Made by a program: the position numbers and the translations under genes
Source: Amoebophrya sp. A120
Taxonomy: Eukaryota; Protista; Dinoflagellata
DNA length: 10,549 nt
Direction of reading: 5' to 3'
Assembly: GCA_905178155.1 (NCBI GenBank)
Contig: CAJINV010000006.1
Span: forward strand, 2,392,136-2,402,684
Shown here: in pieces, positions 7,132-10,549 of the stretch
Layout of the letters: each line of letters opens with the position of its first letter
Position numbering within the stretch: the first letter of the stretch is position 1
The notes under the pieces: generated by a model
The model's database searches: none
What the model saw: the letters and a program-made list of their open reading frames with translations, nothing else
Told to the model about the DNA's origin: nothing

Positions 7132-9457
7132 TTTTGGTTTGTGTAGTTTTTCGCTCCTTTATCGAAGAAAACAAAAAAAAGTTTTTTTTAGGGACAAAAG
7201 GTTTCTCGTAGAAGAGGTTCTTGTACTAGTGGTTGGCTTGCTGCCGGTTTTTTTGAGACTTGGTTTATTTCAGTCGAGGAGTGATGTTTGTTTCCTGTGA
7301 TCTTCAAAATGGTTTATGGTTGTCTTGTGTGGAAGTAAGGAAGAATCACCTTTTAGATAGCGACTATTAGTGTATTTTCGAATACTTATCACTAACAGGA
7401 CGTAGTGCCGCAGAAGTTGTTAACGAGAGTTGAAGACGAACTGTAAGAATCATCTGCGGGGGCAGCCTTGGTGTACGACTACGACCACGACATCCACATC
7501 AGTGAAGACATATTGATATTTACATACCAAATTCATGACGAAATTCATGCTTCCCCCGCCGCGAAACAACATCTTACGTGCGATATACTGAACGACGTAC
7601 TTCATGCTTCATTGCAACCGTGGACGAGGACGACGAAGACGATATCTATTTCAACATTTGCACACGACACAAATTTTTTCTTCTACTACAAGATCTGCCG
7701 AGATCTGGTCCATTTCGTCGGGGTGATCGTCGTCACAATTTTGCTGGATTTTTCGTGTGGGGCTAGTGTTCTATCCAAGCTTGTACTTACAACTGTAGTC
7801 CTCCTATTGGGAGCTGCTGCTATCATCTCTGGATCTTCGGTGCACATGCACCACTACTTCCTTACTACAAGAACGCAGACCGACATTATTTGCATCCATT
7901 CCGTCACAGGACCATGCACCACGATCCAGTAGTATAGGAAGAAAAGAACATCATCGCACCTCCGTGAAAGCGAGCGGTCGTGCGAAAGAACTTAAAAACG
8001 TGGGCGGCTGCCATCATGCAAGCATATGAGCGCCCTAGTTCCTCCCCTGTTCCGTCGATTTTCATCTCCCAGTAGGCTATACTAGCGATAAAAGGTTTTG
8101 TCGGATTGTATCTTGACGTGGTAGGTTTCATTCGCACAACTTCTGTAGTACTTACACTAGAAAATAAGTTTGCTCGCCGACGCCGTTATAAGTGGCTACC
8201 AACATCGCGAGAGGATCGGGTGTGGATTGAAGCAGAATGATGTTGATTATCAAAGTAGCGGGCTACGCAGCAGGCGCTTCAGAAGTACTCTACTACTCGG
8301 GAAAAGAAATATTCTATCGTTGTACAACGGCCGCGCACGGTTTATTTCTTTGCCCAGATCATAAATCTTATCCCGTAGAGTAATGCTTTCTTACCCTTCC
8401 GTGGCTAGGGCTACTACGTCCTCGAGAAGAGTGGCTGAATAAGCTCAAGCTGAAAGAAAGGTGGCAACATGATTTGCAGTGTAGATGTAGTACTATAGGC
8501 AGCAGGGTACTTAGTACTGAATGAGTGTTTTTACCACGTTTAATACTCTCTGAGTGGGAAACAGTTAATAAAGGGGATGAAATTCGTTCCATCAGGTTCG
8601 TCAGTGGGGAGAAGTCTTGTAAGTGCTAACTTTTCAAATTCACATTGGGGAGAAACAATCAAAGTCTTGGACGAGTTGAGTCGTCAAAAATTGATCTTGT
8701 TTTTGCAGCTGTGTAAAATAAATTTAAATGCTTGTCGTGTGAAATTATTACGCAATGAAAAAGAAAATTGTATGTGAATACGAAAAGGAGTAGTAATAGT
8801 AAAGCCTTAGCCTTACAACAAGAACCTTCTAATAAAAGATAAATTTACGAGCGATTCTTAGTGGACGAGGGGCAACATCAAGGTCGAAGTCAGGCGTGTC
8901 GGGTTGCGGCCATAGAGATAGACGCGGTGGCGCTCAGTGTCGTGGAAACACTTTCACTTCTACTGTTGACGACTACTACCTGATATCATCCGCCCCGTCT
9001 TGTGATGTAGCTGAGGTTAAGAACCTCAACTCTTGCAGATGAATCTTTGCTCGCGACAAAACGACCATGAAACTCGTTGACTAGCGTCTTGGAGTTTGTT
9101 GTGCGTTTTGTTATTTCGAGAGAAAATTTATTGTTAAGTATCAAATGTTAGAACAAACAATCATGAAAACAAGAACGGCACAAAATTTACTGGTGTACAC
9201 AAATAAACGCATATTTTCAATCGAAATTTGCAGTTGTAAGAAGTAGAATGGAAAAACAAAAAGTAATACAGTCTGGACGATATTACGTTATAAAAGTGTT
9301 GAAAAGATAATTTTTTTATATGTTCTCCTGGATTTTAAAGATTTTTTGACAGTTCTGAACCCCTTTCGTTCCACCGTTCGGTTGTGTTAAACGGCGTCAC
9401 GACTCAGACGACTTGTTGTAGTACAACTAGTCGCTGATAAACCGACGTGGTTTCGGT

Positions 9458-9494
9458 TTAGGAGGACTCGGCCTCCCACGACTGCAGCTCCTTG
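9458..9494 (-). CDS. Terminal exon of the secreted protein (next tandem copy)
   Basis: Reads (N)KELQSWEAESS-TAA in the frame expected after ...DMMNK, and carries the same CCTTG direct repeat as 5668-5672. Confidence 0.7.
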
Positions 9495-9631
9495 TATGAA
9501 CTGCAAAAGTATCGTACTCGTATAAATGCATATCCATTTCCATATACAAATATCCTCGGCATGAGAAATTTAATTTGCAATGCTGATTTACCTTAGGGAA
9601 AAGATTTGTAATGCATGACGTGGCCTAGGTA
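9495..9631. mobile_element. Left arm of a long or interrupted TAT..ATA element
   Basis: TATGAACTGCAAAAGTATCGTACTCGTAT matches the 5639-5667 arm (22 contiguous inner bases identical). Preceded by CCTTG. A second IR at 9611-9631 matches 5611-5631 (19/21). Confidence 0.8.
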
Positions 9632-10146
9632 CGCACATACGACTCGGTACGCCAAATCATATGTTGGAAGGGAAGTGGGTCTATTGCTACCTGTAGGGGA
9701 AAAAGGTGAAATAATGTGGCGCGATTTTCCCGCCCAACATTTATGACGATGAGACACCTGCGCGGCAAGAACTGTGGCGCCTCAAAGTCGGCGCCGGCAA
9801 GGATCGGGCCAGACGCTCAGAATAAGTAGAAGGGCCGCCCACAGGAGTGTCAAAAAATCAGCGGCAGGAGGAGACTGCACGTCCCCGCATGTGAAAGAGT
9901 GCGCCTCAGAGAGAGCGCCCATTTCCGTATATGGATGGCCGTGGAAAAATCGACGACAGAAAAAAGGCGCACGACTTAAATCTGAGAAGGCGGGAGCTGG
10001 CAAGAAGGCAAAGCTGTTCACTCACTGAACATGCCCTCCAGAAAGCGCGCTCATTTTTTCACATGTGGGGAAATTATAGTCGCCAGAAAGAGAGCGCGCC
10101 CATTCGCATCCGACAAAATAGTGCCAGTAGCGACAGGCCTCACGTC

Positions 10147-10549
10147 TCGTTTTTCGTGTGAAGGAATGACCTCCGGGAACAAGCCCCACTTTTTCGCATG
10201 TGAAAAAATGGACGCCAGGAACAAGTTGCATTTTTTCACATGTGAAAGAATGGCCGCCAGAAACAAAATCCATTTTTTCACACGTGAAAGAATGGCCGCA
10301 AGAAACAAAGTCCATTTTTTCACATGTGAAAGAATGGCGGCCAGAAACAAAATCCATTCTTTCACATGTGAAAGAATGGCCGCCAGGAACAAATTTCATT
10401 CTTTCACATGTGAAACAATGGCGGCCAGAAACAAAATCCATTCTTTCACGTGTGAAAGAATGGCCGCCAGAAACAAATTTTATTCTTTCACATGTGAAAG
10501 AATGGCGGCCAGAAACAAAATCCATTCTTTCACATGTGAAAGAATGGCC
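10147..10549. repeat. 42-bp minisatellite with 26-bp palindromic core, running off window end
   Basis: Consensus CCATTCTTTCACATGTGAAAGAATGG-CGGCCAGAAACAAAAT. About 9 clear units (centres near 10198, 10240 ... 10534) plus a degenerate unit to the left. Confidence 0.95.

Larger units (their letters stand above)
6067..8612 (+). repeat. Tandem segmental duplication, unit 2 (part alignable to unit 1)
   Basis: Collinear with 1-1303 and 3811-5091. Identity falls from ~99% at the left end to indel-rich similarity upstream of the gene. Confidence 0.92.

Noticed and set aside
7468-7932. Hydrophobic ORF partly shared with 3639-3959
   Set aside because: The similarity is explained by the duplication; start, stop and flanking frame are not conserved between units.
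10022-10525. 167-aa and 113-aa repeat-protein ORFs
   Set aside because: They are by-products of a 42-bp (3n) tandem repeat open in several frames.
10147-10549. CRISPR-like array of palindromic repeats
   Set aside because: The 16-bp intervening segments are near-identical rather than unique spacers, there are no cas genes, and the context is eukaryotic.

Overview
Eukaryotic (protist-like) genomic DNA in which almost every supplied ORF is an artefact. The window carries at least 11 copies or halves of short inverted-repeat elements (167-315 bp when complete) that start TAT-N7-AAA, end TTT-N7-ATA and are flanked by 5-bp direct repeats. Most sit inside coding sequence, and deleting each element plus one direct repeat restores the reading frame exactly. 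This pattern matches the non-canonical 'introner' introns described in the parasitic dinoflagellate Amoebophrya (strain A120 type; recalled from Farhat et al. 2021, not searched). In-silico removal reveals two minus-strand genes: (i) a tandemly repeated ~171-aa signal-peptide protein with an EF-hand-like loop (copies at 205-795 and 5668-7131, plus a terminal exon at 9458-9494), and (ii) a 5'-truncated PDK/BCKDK-family kinase fragment (2435-3688) in a 2.5-kb segment unique to the first repeat unit. Also present: a perfect 53-bp CACTA-ended palindrome, a CACTA-like mini element, an N at 5092 that probably marks an assembly join, and a 42-bp palindromic minisatellite at the right end.
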